Counted from the stretch's first letter, positions 1 to 12,451 are shown. The stretch is DNA of 64,000 nt from Raja brachyura (GCA_963514005.1 OY740797.1:45446001-45510000), one strand, 5' to 3'. The notes: generated by a model not told the origin, from the sequence alone. A program made the numbers and translations.

Positions 1-283
1 GGAAACAATTAATTAAAACTTAAAGTGGGAAAAACGTTTTCAATAGCTTAACACAGCTCTCTTTAATATATCAATATATGCATTGTTATCTTTCTCTGGT
101 GCTTAAATGTTTTTACTTGATAAATCTACAATCAAACCTTGATAGTACCATGGTTACTTAGTTTGAATTGATAATGTCACTGTTTTATTTGCATTATTAT
201 AGTACACTGGATGTAGATTTATGATATTTATTCCTGGTAAAATAAGTATTCTACCTCTTTCTTCATCAAAAAATAGTAAGGTA

Positions 284-2513
284 CTAGACTAAGTGGGACG
301 CGTTGGGTCCCAGCATCACACGGGAGGGCTGGTTACCCAATGCAATATTCCACCTCTCCACCAATTCCAATATTGCTGGCCAGTGGTGGAGGGGGGGGGC
401 TTTCTGTTGTGCTAGTATTGGTGTTGTGGGCCAAAGGGACTGGTTTACAAAGGACATTGTGGGTCGAATGGATTCTTGGGCTGGCAGCTCAGTCACTGAG
501 GCCTGGCAGTACAGACACTCAGACCTGGCAGGCTGGCAGCTGAGAAACTGCTAGAAATTCTGCCCAAAACAGGTGACAGACTCTTTGAGAGAGAAGGGGG
601 AGAGGGTGGACTGAATGGATTATTGGGCTGGCAGTTCAGTCACTTATGGCTGGTGGGCTGGCAGTGCAGTCAATTTCAACAAATGGGCTGGCAGTTCAGT
701 CACTGACGGCTGATGGGCTGGCAGTGCAGTCACTGACGGCTGATGGGCTGGCAGTGCAGTCACCAACGGCTGATGGGCTGGCAGTGCAGTCACTGACGGC
801 TGATGGGCTGGCAGTGCAGTCACTGACGGCTGATGGGCTGGCAGTGCAGTCACTGACGGCTGATGGGCTGGCAGTGCAGTCACTGACGGCTGATGGGCTG
901 GCAGTGCAGTCACTGACGGCTGATGGGCTGGCAGTGCAGTCACTGACGGCTGATGGGCTGGCAGTGCAGTCACTGACGGCTGATGGGCTGGCAGTGCAGT
1001 CACTGACAGCTGGTGGGCTGGCAGTGCAGTCACTCACGCCTGGTACGCTGGCAGTTCACTCAGTCACCCTGCTCCCTTCACCCTCCCACTCTGCCCCTTG
1101 CCATTCCCCTCCCCCCCACGTATTCAGTCCATCTCCCCACAACCTCCCCCCATGCACTCTTAGTGGCTATCCCACAGAACATCCATTGCTGCCCATTAGG
1201 TTTCCATTGTGATGAAGAACACGCAGGGATGAAAAGTGGAAAAAGGATTTATTAAAGTTTAAAATGTGAATTACTCTTAAAATATAAGAACAATTTAAAT
1301 GTCGAAGATGAGAATTATTAAGTTATTTCTTGTTGTGTCTCTTGTTGCTGCTCACTGCGTCTTCATGTCTCCTCATGTCATCTGAAATTACAGAAAATAT
1401 CATTTAGGATTAACTAATAAGAAAAAATGATTATAACTACATGCCTGCAGAATGGATGATGTATCACTTAAGTGCAATTGTTTTCAGTTATGTGGAGAGA
1501 CCTCTATGTTGAAGATGCATTTCGCCTCTAATATGTCAATTTACCTTAAATGTAGAAGAGCTTATTAAAATCTTCTTACAAAGACCATTAAGTATTTTCT
1601 TTCTATCCTCTTTGGACCTTGGATCGAGGGGGAGAGGTAGAGGGGAGAGAGGGGAGAGGGAAATGATGGCACGTTATAACACGCAGCCGTCCCATTCCGA
1701 CTGCCACCGCCGAACCCCCCGCCCCACCATTGCACCGAAAGATTATAGAGCGGAGAGCGGAGCTGCATAATCTTTGATTGCACCCGTCTTCACGGCGGGC
1801 TTGTGATCTTTGCTTGTGATCTCGACAATTCGAGGGACATAACCGGTAACAGCCGCCGCGTTCCCGGACTCGAATTTGAGCTGGAAAAATCTCCTGGTGG
1901 GCCTAATGTGTCCCGCGGGCCATATATTGGAGACCCCTCCCTTACAAGAACAAAACCAAAAATGTACAGAAGTGTCAAAATTGATGACTTTATTATTGTG
2001 GTAAGTAAAGATCTATTCAAAATAATTCTATTAACTTTCTGATGTACTGACAAACCTAGTTTCCCAATGAGTGTTGATAAGGGAACAGAAAATAACATTT
2101 TCAGGACTGAATAATATCAACAGAAAACAATAATATTTCCTCACCTTTCTTTGTTGTTGGGGAACCTGAAGAAAGACAGGTTGAGTCGTCCACATGGGCG
2201 ATTAGAACAATTCAGAGCTCAGAGAGACGCGACCCTCTCGCTTCCTGGGTCTGGCAGAGACTGAGTGAGGCACGACAATTCCGGGTTTTATAGTCCCACC
2301 CCCTGCAGGGGCAGCAGAGAGAATGGGGAATTTGTTAAAAACATTAATATCTCTCTCATTTTTCATCCATGGGAAAAATCCTCTGGTCCAGGAAGGCGGA
2401 GGGGGTCTCTGAGCGAGGTGGCCAAAAATGACGGCCATAGGTGGCGGCGTACTCTCGGAAATCATAGCACAGTGGGCCAAAAGCGGTCAAGATCAGTCTT
2501 ATAATAATATAGA
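284..2513 (-). mobile_element. Non-autonomous Helitron (~2.2 kb)
   Basis: Minus strand starts A|TCTATATTATTATAAG at 2513 and ends GGGAC-ccaacgc-GTCCC hairpin, 7 nt, CTAG|T at 284. Inserted between A and T with no TSD; no Rep/Hel ORF. Confidence 0.8.
625..1066. repeat. 30-bp minisatellite, ~15 units (gggctggcagtgcagtcactgacggctgat)
   Basis: Directly visible near-perfect tandem array with degenerate edge units; partial unit near 478. Confidence 0.97.
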
Positions 2514-5267
2514 TGAAGACACCTCCAGAGACTTAAGACTTGGTCAATTATTGAAAGGTTGGAGTCTGAAAACAAAATTTGGATTATGATATGGTTTTAA
2601 ATATAAAAACAAATTTTGTTGGCAGTCTCCAGGCAGAAATAACGTTTAAGCAAAAGGAATCCAGGTGATTGATTGTGGTCCATGTGTGTCTTCAGTCACA
2701 TCAGGGAAACTTTGTTCCTCTGCTTAGAGATTTCTTGCCATTCTGGCTGCCATACACCTAAAGCTATCCTTCTGCTGACATGTTGCAGGGTACCCATCCT
2801 GTGGTTCCCTGTTGATGTTAGTCATGCCAGCTTTCTTTCAGATAAATTTCAACTTCTTTAATTTCTCTGTTTCTCACACTCTGGGCAAATCCTGTGTGCC
2901 CAGACAATAATCACCCCCCCCCCCCCCCTCCCCTCCCCCCAAGATAAAATTAGGGCTTGCTACTTGTATTCTGGTTATCCTCTCGGATGAGAAATATAAA
3001 TAACTAGAATGTTTGTCTCTTGGCCTCCAATTATTGGGAAATCTAAAAGATGATGCAACTTTCAACTCAAATGCAGTCGACCCTTTAGAAATACAAATTT
3101 ATGTCTAATATACGTGTGTCCATCTTTTAAAATAAGAGATTCAGCAATAGAAATCCACTTTTGAACATTGTTTCTTAAGGCTTATCCATTTCTTACATTA
3201 TTGTAAAGCCAGGTGGATTGTTTGGAATCAGTAATAACAAGACTCTAATATTATACCGAAAACAAAATAGCCTTTTAAAGAATAGAATATTTAAAGTTAA
3301 TTAAAATATACCTGTTGCTAAATTCGTCATCTTGCTGTTCTTTTGATTTAATTTTGAAGATGCGACAAGTGGTAAAATTGCTCGATAGAATAGGAAATGG
3401 ACATATATGTTATACTTCAAATACAATCTGCGGCTATTGTTCAATGCTACGGACAGTCATTGAGTATAAAATAGGCACTGGGTTAAGGAAAGAATGAAAT
3501 GGGGAAATATAACTTTCTGTTTTCTTTAATCCTTTGGAGTACAGAGCAAAATGATAATCAGTCAAAGGATGTTTACAGTATTGTATAAGTACTATAACGC
3601 GTACCAATAACAAAGGAAGCAACCATATAAACGGATACATTAAATGTTTTTTTTGGATTCACACCAGATTCATTTTGAATAATAATTTGACCGCAGTCAG
3701 CAAAAAAAAAAAAAACTTCAATTTTCTGTTGAGATTATAGCACAATTCGCATTCTGGAAATACAAGGGCAGTGGTTTTGATTTCACAATAAACATTTTCA
3801 GGAAAACAATACTGTTCAATTATTGTAGCACTACCGTTTACACAAAGGAATTTGTTGTTTTGCTCTGTACTTTTCAATTCGAACTGTAAATGAGCAATGC
3901 CTTTTACACATGCTCTAGATATCGCAAATTTCTCTTATCTTCTTGCTACTAGTAGCATTTGCAGTTTATTTTCAGTCTTGTTATCCTTTAACTTCTGAGC
4001 TTTCCATTGCATGGTCTGAAGTACTATGACTGCATGTAAATAGAGACAATCAATATTATGACCTGGGTTATCGACAATCCTTGGTACACGTTTCCATGGT
4101 AGTTATAATGGAACAGCTCCAAAGTTTCTGAAATAAAACATGGGGACATGAACTGAGCCAACAGAGCATGTTGTCAGTATATTGATCAAAATAATGCTCA
4201 CTGATGCTTTTCCCTGGTCATCCCAAAGCCATCCACCCAGAGTCTGATGCTGTCCTGCCCTGGATGTCTACCCTTGATCTACAACTTTAGGCTGTGCACG
4301 CCATACGCAAGAAGAAAAAGACCAGCCACCAGAACATTTTCTGGACCCAAAAATAAGATTTTAACCATCTAATTATTTTATCCATTCTGACACCAAGATG
4401 TTAAGATTTTCATGCTCGAGCTTGGTAAATGTGTTATAATCGTTGCCTTGCTCTGCCACGTATAATTGTGAAACAAATACGTTAAATGGAATGGACATTC
4501 TAAAACCATCCCTCTCCTAACACTCTCCTCTGCCTGGCAGAGCATGTTCACATCCACAACAACTTCTCCTTTTACTTGTCTCATATTCTTTGTTAAAGGT
4601 GTAGCCTTGGGCACTTGCATGGACTCCAGCTACGCCAGCTATACGTCAAACAATTCTTGTTCCAAATGTACACTGGCGCCATCCCCCAACTCTCTCCGCT
4701 ACAATGACTGCATCGCGCATAACTGTGCATGACTCATTGATTTTATTAACTTCCACTCTGCCCTCAAATTCACCTGGATTATCTCTGATACCTTTCTCCT
4801 CTTTCTTGAGTTCTCAGTCTCCATCACAGGGGACAGACTAACAACTGATGTCTTTGACGAAACTACCGACTCCCACAGTTATCTGAACTACACTTCCTCC
4901 CACTGCCTCCTGCAAAGGCACGCTCCCCTACTCTCAATTTCTCCTTCTCTGCCATACCTGCTTCCAAGATGAGGCTTTCTATTCCATGACATCCAAGGTG
5001 TCCTTGTTCTTTAGTAAAGATGAATTTCCCCCCTGCTGTCATAGATGTATCCTTCAACCGTGTCTCCCCTGTGTAAGAAGGAACTGCAGATGCTGGTTTA
5101 AATTGAAGGTAGACACAAAATGCTGGGGGAGCTTAACGGGAGAGGCAGTATCGTTGGAGAGAAGGAATGGGTGACGTTTCGGGTCGAGACCCTTGTTCAG
5201 ACTGATACTCCCCTGTGTCCCGTATATTTCGGCTCTCACTCCCCCTCCCCCTAGAGAGAACTATGAA

Positions 5268-5545
5268 CGGGGTGGCACAGGGCCGCAGCAGTAGAGTTGC
5301 TGCCTTACAGCGCCGGCGACATGTGTTCAATACTGACTACAGGTGCTGTCTATATGGAGTTTGTACATTCTCCTGTGGAGTGTTCCAGTTTCCTTCCACA
5401 TTCCAAAGACTTGCAGGTTTATAGGTTAATTGGCTTCTATCAATTGCCCCTTGTGTGACGGTTAGAACTGGTACTTGGGGGAATTGTTGACTGGCATGGG
5501 CTGAAGGGCCCGTTTCCACGGGTCTGTATCTTTAAACTAAACTAA
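5268..5545 (+). mobile_element. tRNA-derived SINE (V-SINE/HE1-like)
   Basis: gtagagttgctgccttacagcgcc head, ggagtttgtacattctcc core, gaagggcc...taaactaaactaa tail; homologous to 50932-51225. Confidence 0.75.
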
Positions 5546-5717
5546 GTTCCCCTGGTCCTCACTTTCATCCCATTACCCTGTGTAAACAATGCATCATCTT
5601 CCGGCATTTCCATCATCTCCAATGTGATCCCTACTACAGTCAGATCTTCCTATCCCCAACCATTTCCATCTTCCGCAGATTCCATTCTCTCTGCAACCCG
5701 TTGGTTTACTCATCCTG

Positions 5718-7433
5718 TGTAATGAGTCGAGTCAGACAAACATCAAGATACAACACATGTTTATTAAAGTCCACTTACAGCATCGGTCTGCAGGACATTA
5801 CAGTAACTAGCAGTCCGCATCTCCTCCTTTTACACAAGAAGTTACCAGGGAGGGAACCGGGGATGTGACCGGGGACCCGCCGGGGAGGGGAGGCGGTGAA
5901 GTAGGCGAGCTGGGCGCTGAACGCCGCGGGAGATACAGTCTCTGATAGTGGAGCAGCTGGCCCGGCAGTGGGTGGGTATACTAAACGCAAAACCTCTGGA
6001 TGTGGAGTCGCATGACGCGGTTCCTTCATTGGTAGGAGATGTTGATAGTTGCGTCTGTAAATGGCTCAGTCCGGGTTAAGGTTCTTTGGCAGGGCTGTGG
6101 ATGTGACCCAGACAGTCGTAGCCCTTGTTGGTCTGGAGGCGAACCACCTGTCCACTGGTGAGACGTTTAAGTGGCTTACTGGATTTGTCGAAAAAGCGTT
6201 TGTGTATCGCACTTGAATTGTAGTTGTTGCTGGACCGCAGACGGAGAACGAACTTGTGGCAGCAAGAGCTGCTGGGAAACAGGCAGGGAAGCACACGTTT
6301 GGCGAGATATCAGTGGTTGGGCTGGGGAACCCAGTATGGGATCCCTTGCAATGTTCCTTAAATTGGTCGAGGAGGAACTGGGGTGCGGCAGTAAGAGCTG
6401 GTTCTGCTGATGTGGTGTCAGGCTTTTGCAGATGGCGCAGACTTCAGTTCTCAACATTCTCTATAAAAAAGGCAAGGACATGCACATAGCTGACACGCTA
6501 TCAAGGGCCCCATGCAAACCCAGCGAACAACAACTCTCTGATCAGGACCAATTCTCAGTAATGAAGATATCGTATGTTCCTACTGATTGCCAAAGCAGTC
6601 TGGCAGAGCACATGGCTGTTGACGCGACTTTACAATTGCTGTCCGCAGTCATCCGGCGTGGCTGGCCAGATAAACAACACAACTTCCTGGTTCGCGACAA
6701 ACTGGTGTTGCAGGACTGGATTATAATCAAGGGCCACAAGGCAGTTGTCCCAGTTGTTCTCTGGGACAAGTACTTCGACGCCGTCCACAGGGGCCATCCC
6801 GGTATTTAGGCAACTTTACAACAGGCACAAAGCATGTTTTACTCCCCTGGTATGACCATGTACATACGTGACAAAACTGAAGTCTGGAATCGTGGAATCT
6901 CAGTTATTGATGGGTCTGGTCTGACACCATCACTTGTGAAAACATTTCCGACGTGGGTAACTTCCGGGACTCAAAACATGCACTTCAGGGGATTGAGTTT
7001 GAGTTGAATGTCTTTGGCATGGTTCAGTACTTTCTTCAGATTAGCATCATGTTTTGCCAAGTTGCACCCGTAGACGAGAATGTCATCAACAATGATGGCG
7101 CATGGATACTCCGTAAACAATTGTTCCATCGTGCCTTGGAAAACTTCGCTGGCAGAATTAATGCCAAAGGGCATTCTCAGGAATTTGCAGCGGCCGAAGG
7201 GGGTGCCGAACGTGGGTCCCACTTCTGACACCATGTAATGAGTCGAGTCGGACACACATCAAGATACAACACATGTTTATTAAAGTCCACTTACATCATC
7301 GGTCTGCAGGACACTACAGTAATTAGCAGCTACTCAGACTTACGTAAGCAAGCTCTTGGTAATATGAATCACATATTAGGCGGAGCAACTACTAACAAGC
7401 ACTACAATTGGTTAGTAGGAAATAACCAATAAC
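5718..7433 (-). mobile_element. Internally deleted and rearranged Gypsy/Ty3 LTR retrotransposon
   Basis: ~100-bp direct repeats at 5718 and 7234; PBS TGGTGTCAGAAGTGGG; PPT near 5820-5831; RT (TPFGRCKFLRMPFG, IVDDILVYG), RNase H end (HIADTLSR) and integrase HHCC fragments. Confidence 0.88.
7218..7233 (-). promoter_or_regulatory. Primer-binding site (tRNA-Leu type) of the Gypsy element
   Basis: TGGTGTCAGAAGTGGG immediately follows the LTR end ...CATTACA on the minus strand. Confidence 0.8.
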
Positions 7434-7901
7434 CACCCAAACCAGCCCCTCCCCAGGTACTTTCTCCTGCGACCACAGGAGATGTAACACCGGCACTATA
7501 ACCACTCACGCACCAGCCAGGGACTCCGACAGTCCTTCCAGGTGAGACAGAAGCTCACAGGCACTCCTTCTAACCTCATCTAATGTTCCTGATGAGGCCT
7601 CCTGCAGACTGGGACCAAGGGTGACCATTCTGCTGAGCTATTGTGCTCTGTCTACCAAGGCCTACCAGATCTTCCGGTTGCTAATCATTTTTTATTTGTT
7701 TTTCCATTCCCATACTGACCTTTTTGTCCTGGGCCTCCTTTGTCAGAGTGAGGTCACACACAAACTGGAGGAACAACACCTCCTATTCCACTTGGGTGGC
7801 TTACAACCCAGCGGTATGAACATTGAAATTTTAGTTCATTACAAAACCCTCCCCCACTCCCTTTTTTCCCCACCCCCACCCTTCCTTCTTCGCCTCCTCC
7901 C

Positions 7902-8540
7902 CTACACATCCTTCCTCAGATATGATGCCCAAAATTGCTCATGATATTCCAAATGCGGCCTTACCAATGCCTTATAGAGCCTCGACATTACATCCCTGTT
8001 TTTGTGTACAAACCCTCTTGAAATAAATACCAGCATTGAGTTTGCTTTCTTTACCATCGATTCGACTTGCAGATTAACATTTTGGGAATCCTGCACCAGC
8101 ACTCCAAAGTGCCTTTGGACCTCTGATTTCTGGATTCTCACCCCATTTAGAAAATAGTCTACGCCTTTATTCCTACTACCAAAATGCATGACTCCACACT
8201 TTGCTACACTATATTCCATCTGCCACTTCTCTGCCCACTCTCCCAATCTGTCCAAGTCCTTCTGCAGAGTCCCTGCTTTCTCTGCCTGCCCCTCAACTTA
8301 TTTTCGTTTCATCCGCAAACTTTGCCACAAAGCTTTCAATCACCTCATCCAAATCATTAATATACAATAGATTTAAGAGAGAGTTGGATAGAGCTCTAGG
8401 GGCTAATGGAGTCAAGGGATATGGGGAGAAGGCAGGCACGGGTTATTGATAGCGGACGATCAGCCACGATCACAATGAATGGCGATGCTGGCTCGAAGGG
8501 CCGAACGGCCTCCTCATGCACCTATTTTCTATGTTTCTAA
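7902..8540. mobile_element. CR1 LINE fragments (RT C-terminal part on -, 3' tail on +)
   Basis: WAEKWQMEYSVAKCGVMHFG...LVRPHLEY on minus; RFKRELDRAL and ttctatgtttcta tail on plus. Confidence 0.85.
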
Positions 8541-8548
8541 TGCAAATA

Positions 8549-9074
8549 CCGTATTTCCCGGTGTTCAAGACGCTATTTTTTACTAAAATAAGGCTAGAAG
8601 ATTTACCTGCGTCTTGGAGGCCGAAGGTTAAGCAATGCCACTCTCGTAGCGACTGCTCCGTGGAACCTGCCACGCCTTCGACCCTGGACCCTTTTACACC
8701 CGGGAAGCGGATGTAAAAGGACGGCGTCGCTGGGGGGGGGGGGGGTTCTTTCCACAGCGTGTGGGGAGTTTGGCCCAGGTCAGCATGCCCTAGGCTGCAC
8801 AGAGTAGTAAACTTGGCTGGGCTGCCAAGGTTAAAGTTGAGGGGAGGGGAGGAGCGTTGCGAAGGAGGGGGTCGGAGATCATGCCAGCAACTCACTCACC
8901 GCTTCCGGACGCGGAGCCACCGCATTGGGGCCAGGAGGAAAGTAGCTCGGATGGCTGCGAGCAGCCGCCGGGACCAGACAGCAGAACCGGCCGCCACCTC
9001 AGCGCCTTCTGCCGGCCCACCCTCCAACCCCGGGCTCTCTCTCTCCCTTTCTCTTTTTTGCCCGGGAAATACAG
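8549..9074. mobile_element. Tc1/mariner-pogo-type MITE (~526 bp)
   Basis: TA|CCGTATTTCCCGG ... CCGGGAAATACAG|TA: 13-bp TIR with one mismatch and TA duplication. Confidence 0.8.
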
Positions 9075-9099
9075 TAAGTAAATTTTACAGTCATGAGTG

Positions 9100-9870
9100 A
9101 TAGAAACAGAATTAGGCCTTTCAGCCCATCAAATCCGCTCTGACATTTAACCACGGCTGACTTATCTCTCCGTCCTAACCACATTCTCCTGCCTTCCCTC
9201 CATAACCCTTGACACACATACTAATCAAGAATCAATCTATCTCTGTCTTAAAAACATCCATTGACTTGGCCTCCACAGCCTTCTGTTGCAATGAATTCCA
9301 CAGATTAACCACCCTCTGACTAAATAAATTCCTTCTCATCTCATTCCTAAAGAAATGTCCTTTAATTCTGAAGCTATGATCTCTAGTCCAAGACTCTCCC
9401 ACTAGTGGAAACATCCTATACACATCCACTCTATCCAAGCCTTTCACTATTCGGTAAGTTTCAATGAGGCTCCCCCTCATCCTTCTAACTCCAGTAATTA
9501 CAGGCCCTGTGCCGTCAAATGTTCATCATATGTTAACTTATTCATTCTTGGGACCATTCTTGTACACCTCCTCTGGACGCACTCCAGAGCCAGCACATCC
9601 TTCCTCAGATATGGTGCGCAAAATTTCTCACAATACTCCAAATGTGGCCTGACCAGCGCCTTATAGAGCCACAGCGTTATATCCCTGCATTTGTATTCTA
9701 GCCCTCTTGAAATAAATGCTGGTATTGTGTCTGCTTTCCTTACTACCGATTCGACTTGCAAATTAACTTTTTGGGGATCCTGCACCAGCACTACCAAGTC
9801 CCTTTGCACCTCCGATTTCTGGATTCTCTCCCCATTTAGAAAATATTCTATGCCTTTATTCTGACTCTTG
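9100..9870 (-). mobile_element. CR1 LINE 3' fragment
   Basis: ORFs 9232-9480 and 9498-9896 (LVRPHLEYC, QRVVNLWNSL). Confidence 0.88.
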
Positions 9871-11515
9871 TTACTCATGTTAATCTTGTTACTCATTCCA
9901 GGTCAACTGAGTCTTTATTCTAAGATTGCACCAGACTGTGTTAAATCGGTACTCTGCCCAGGTTCAAGAGGGCATAGTTGCATGAATGAACTCTATACTT
10001 AGAAATACATTGCATAGAATTTAAAGAGCATGGAAACAAGCATTTTTGCATGGTTCAACTATGTCAGTATTTATATTCCCCAAGAGTCTCTTCTGACATA
10101 ACCAATTGATCATTCTATTCTGGATTCCTATTTCTGTCATATCCATGTAAATTAACTGCTATAAAGAGTGCCTGCCAGGACATAGCAACACCCCCAAAGA
10201 CAGCTGAATCTTACTCGCTTACTGTAGCTTGGCAACTAGAACAGCTGAAGTACTTGTGTCAGTGCACGGCAGCAGTACTTGCCCGGTTTAAAGGTGGAGG
10301 CATTTAAAAAAAGAATGGATAGCAAATGTTGGGTATGAATGTAGGGTTTTGCCTGAATTGGTGTGGTGCCCTGATATTACCTAAAGGAGAGAATATGTAA
10401 GCCGTAATAAAAGCCATAGGAATGTATTCAGATAATGAATTGCACTGAGTATCTGTATTTGATGAGAATGCAAAGCAAAACAAAACAGACCTTTTGGCCC
10501 AACTTGTTCCTGCTGAATTAAGTGCCTGCCTGAGCTAATCCCATTTGCCTGTATAACTCTTAACCTTTCCTATCCATGTTCCTACCTCTACCATTTTCTC
10601 TGGTAGCTCAATCTATATACCCTCCATCACTTGTGAGAAAATCTTGCCACTCGGGCCTTGTTAAATCTTTCTCCACTCACCTTAAAACTGCGCCCTCTAA
10701 GTTTAGACTCCCCTTCCCTGGAAAAAAGATGATGACTATTCCAATGCTTTTTCATGATTTTACAACCATATTAGGTCTGAAACATCAAAACCCAAGAACA
10801 TCACACAGCCATTCCTGTTCTTCTTGCAACCAAGTCTCGGTAAAGGCACAACCGTAGTTACAACCACTGAACAAGGGGCTCAAGCTTCATCCTATCCTCC
10901 TATTCCTACCCTCACTAGCATGTGGCACCGGGGGTAATGCAAAGATTACTATCCTTGAGGTCCTCTGCTTTTTTACCTTATTGCCAAACTGTTTGAAGAA
11001 GGGTCTCAACCGGAAATGTCACCCATTCCTTATCTCCAGAGATGCTGCCTGTCCTGAGTTACTCCAGCTTTTTGTGTCTATCTTCCCTATATTCATTGCA
11101 GGACCTCATCCCTTTTCCTACCTATCCCATTTGTGCCACCATGCACAACATCCCCTGGCTGCTCCCCTTCCCCCTGAAGCATGGCAATGAAAACTACACA
11201 CAACACTCCTAGTGTGGTCTTATCAACATTCTATACACTTGTGACATAACATCCCAACTCTTGTACTCAGCGCCTCAACCGATGAAGGCAGGTAACCGTG
11301 CATCTTCTTCACCATCCTGCCTATCTATGAAGCCACTTTTAGGGTCTTGACCCAAAATGGCGACCATCCCTTCACCTCCACTAATGCTACATGACCCGCA
11401 GGCTTCCTCCGGCAGATGTAAACTTGGGAAATATCTTTGCATTGCAAAAATAATTGTTTCATTCAATATTAATAGAACCTACATGTGTTAACGGAAAATA
11501 TCTTTGCATTTACTC

Positions 11516-11871
11516 CCCCTCCAATTCCCCCTCCAATTCTGAATCCAACCTTTCTGTCCTGGACCTCCTCCATGGCCAGAGTGAGGCCCACCGTAAATTG
11601 GAGGAGCAGCACGTCATATTTCGCTTGGGTAGTTTACACCCCAGTGGTATGAACATTGACTTCTCCAATTTTAGGTAGTCCCTGCTTTCTCCTTCTTTCC
11701 CCTCACCTTCCCAGCTCTCCCACAGCCCACTGTCTCCGCCTCTTCCTTTCTTCTTCCGCCCCCACCCCCACATCAGTCTGAAGAAGGATCTCGACCCGAA
11801 ACGTCGCCTATTTCCTTCGCTCCATAGATGTTGCCTCACCTGCTGAGTTTCTCCAGCATTTTTGTCTACCT
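11516..11871 (+). mobile_element. Penelope-like element 3' fragment with 13-bp TSD
   Basis: RKLEEQHVIFRLGSLHPSGMNIDFSNFR; tttgcatttactc at both 11503-11515 and 11872-11884. Confidence 0.82.
11778..11805 (+). ncRNA. Minimal hammerhead ribozyme-like core in the PLE 3' region
   Basis: CTGAAGA-A-GGAT/CTCG/ACCC-GAAA-CGTC; one mismatch in stem II. Confidence 0.5.
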
Positions 11872-12451
11872 TTTGCATTTACTCTCATCACTTTTTTTCT
11901 TCAGCGTCCCTTGAAAGTATTTTATCAAATCATTAACAATTTTCAAAGATCTAAGTTATTTCGTTCAACTTTGAATGTTTGGTACAAAATTCTAATTCCA
12001 TGATTGGAAGTTGTAAATACATCTACCCACTTGATCCAGTTTATATATTTGCTTACCTTTCTATATTCTCAGGATTTCAATTTTTTATCTATTTCTGTTT
12101 CATGAATTATGAATGTTATTGCAGTCCTCGTTTTATATTATGAAGCAAATGGTGCATGCCCCTGCAGATTAACCAGTTATTGATGATGTATGTGCTATAT
12201 TGATACTACAACTTTTATTTATCATATTTTAGCTAAAATTAGAAACGCCAAAACTAATGTCACATTTTTTTGGATTAACTGTTTTGTCACAGGTGAAAGA
12301 GTTTGGTCATGGTTAAAATATCAAACCTGACAATATGTTTTTGATTTTTTTTTTGCTATATGGTTACCAATGTTATATTCCATAGTGTCAATATTGAAAA
12401 TTGTAATTAACATTTTAAACTAAGCAGTATTTTCCCCCTTTTTATTTACAG

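Larger units (their letters stand above)
4580..7900 (+). mobile_element. Decayed Penelope-like retroelement, interrupted by nested insertions
   Basis: KGVALGTCMDSSYA resembles the PLE RT motif GVAMGT.MGPSYA; C-terminal HKLEEQHLLFHLGGLQPSGMNIE resembles a GIY-YIG endonuclease end; frameshifted. Confidence 0.75.

Noticed and set aside
625-1066. Possible CRISPR-like array
   Set aside because: Units are contiguous with no unique spacers, and the context is eukaryotic.
644-1212. Repetitive ORFs (TALPAHQPSV)n, (ADGLAVQSLT)n and (SDCTASPSAV)n
   Set aside because: They are by-products of a stop-poor 30-bp minisatellite with no independent coding evidence.
1-12451. NFAT5 first exon (MPSDFISLL...) and the short alternative second exon
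   Set aside because: No matching peptide was found by eye; they are presumed upstream of the window.
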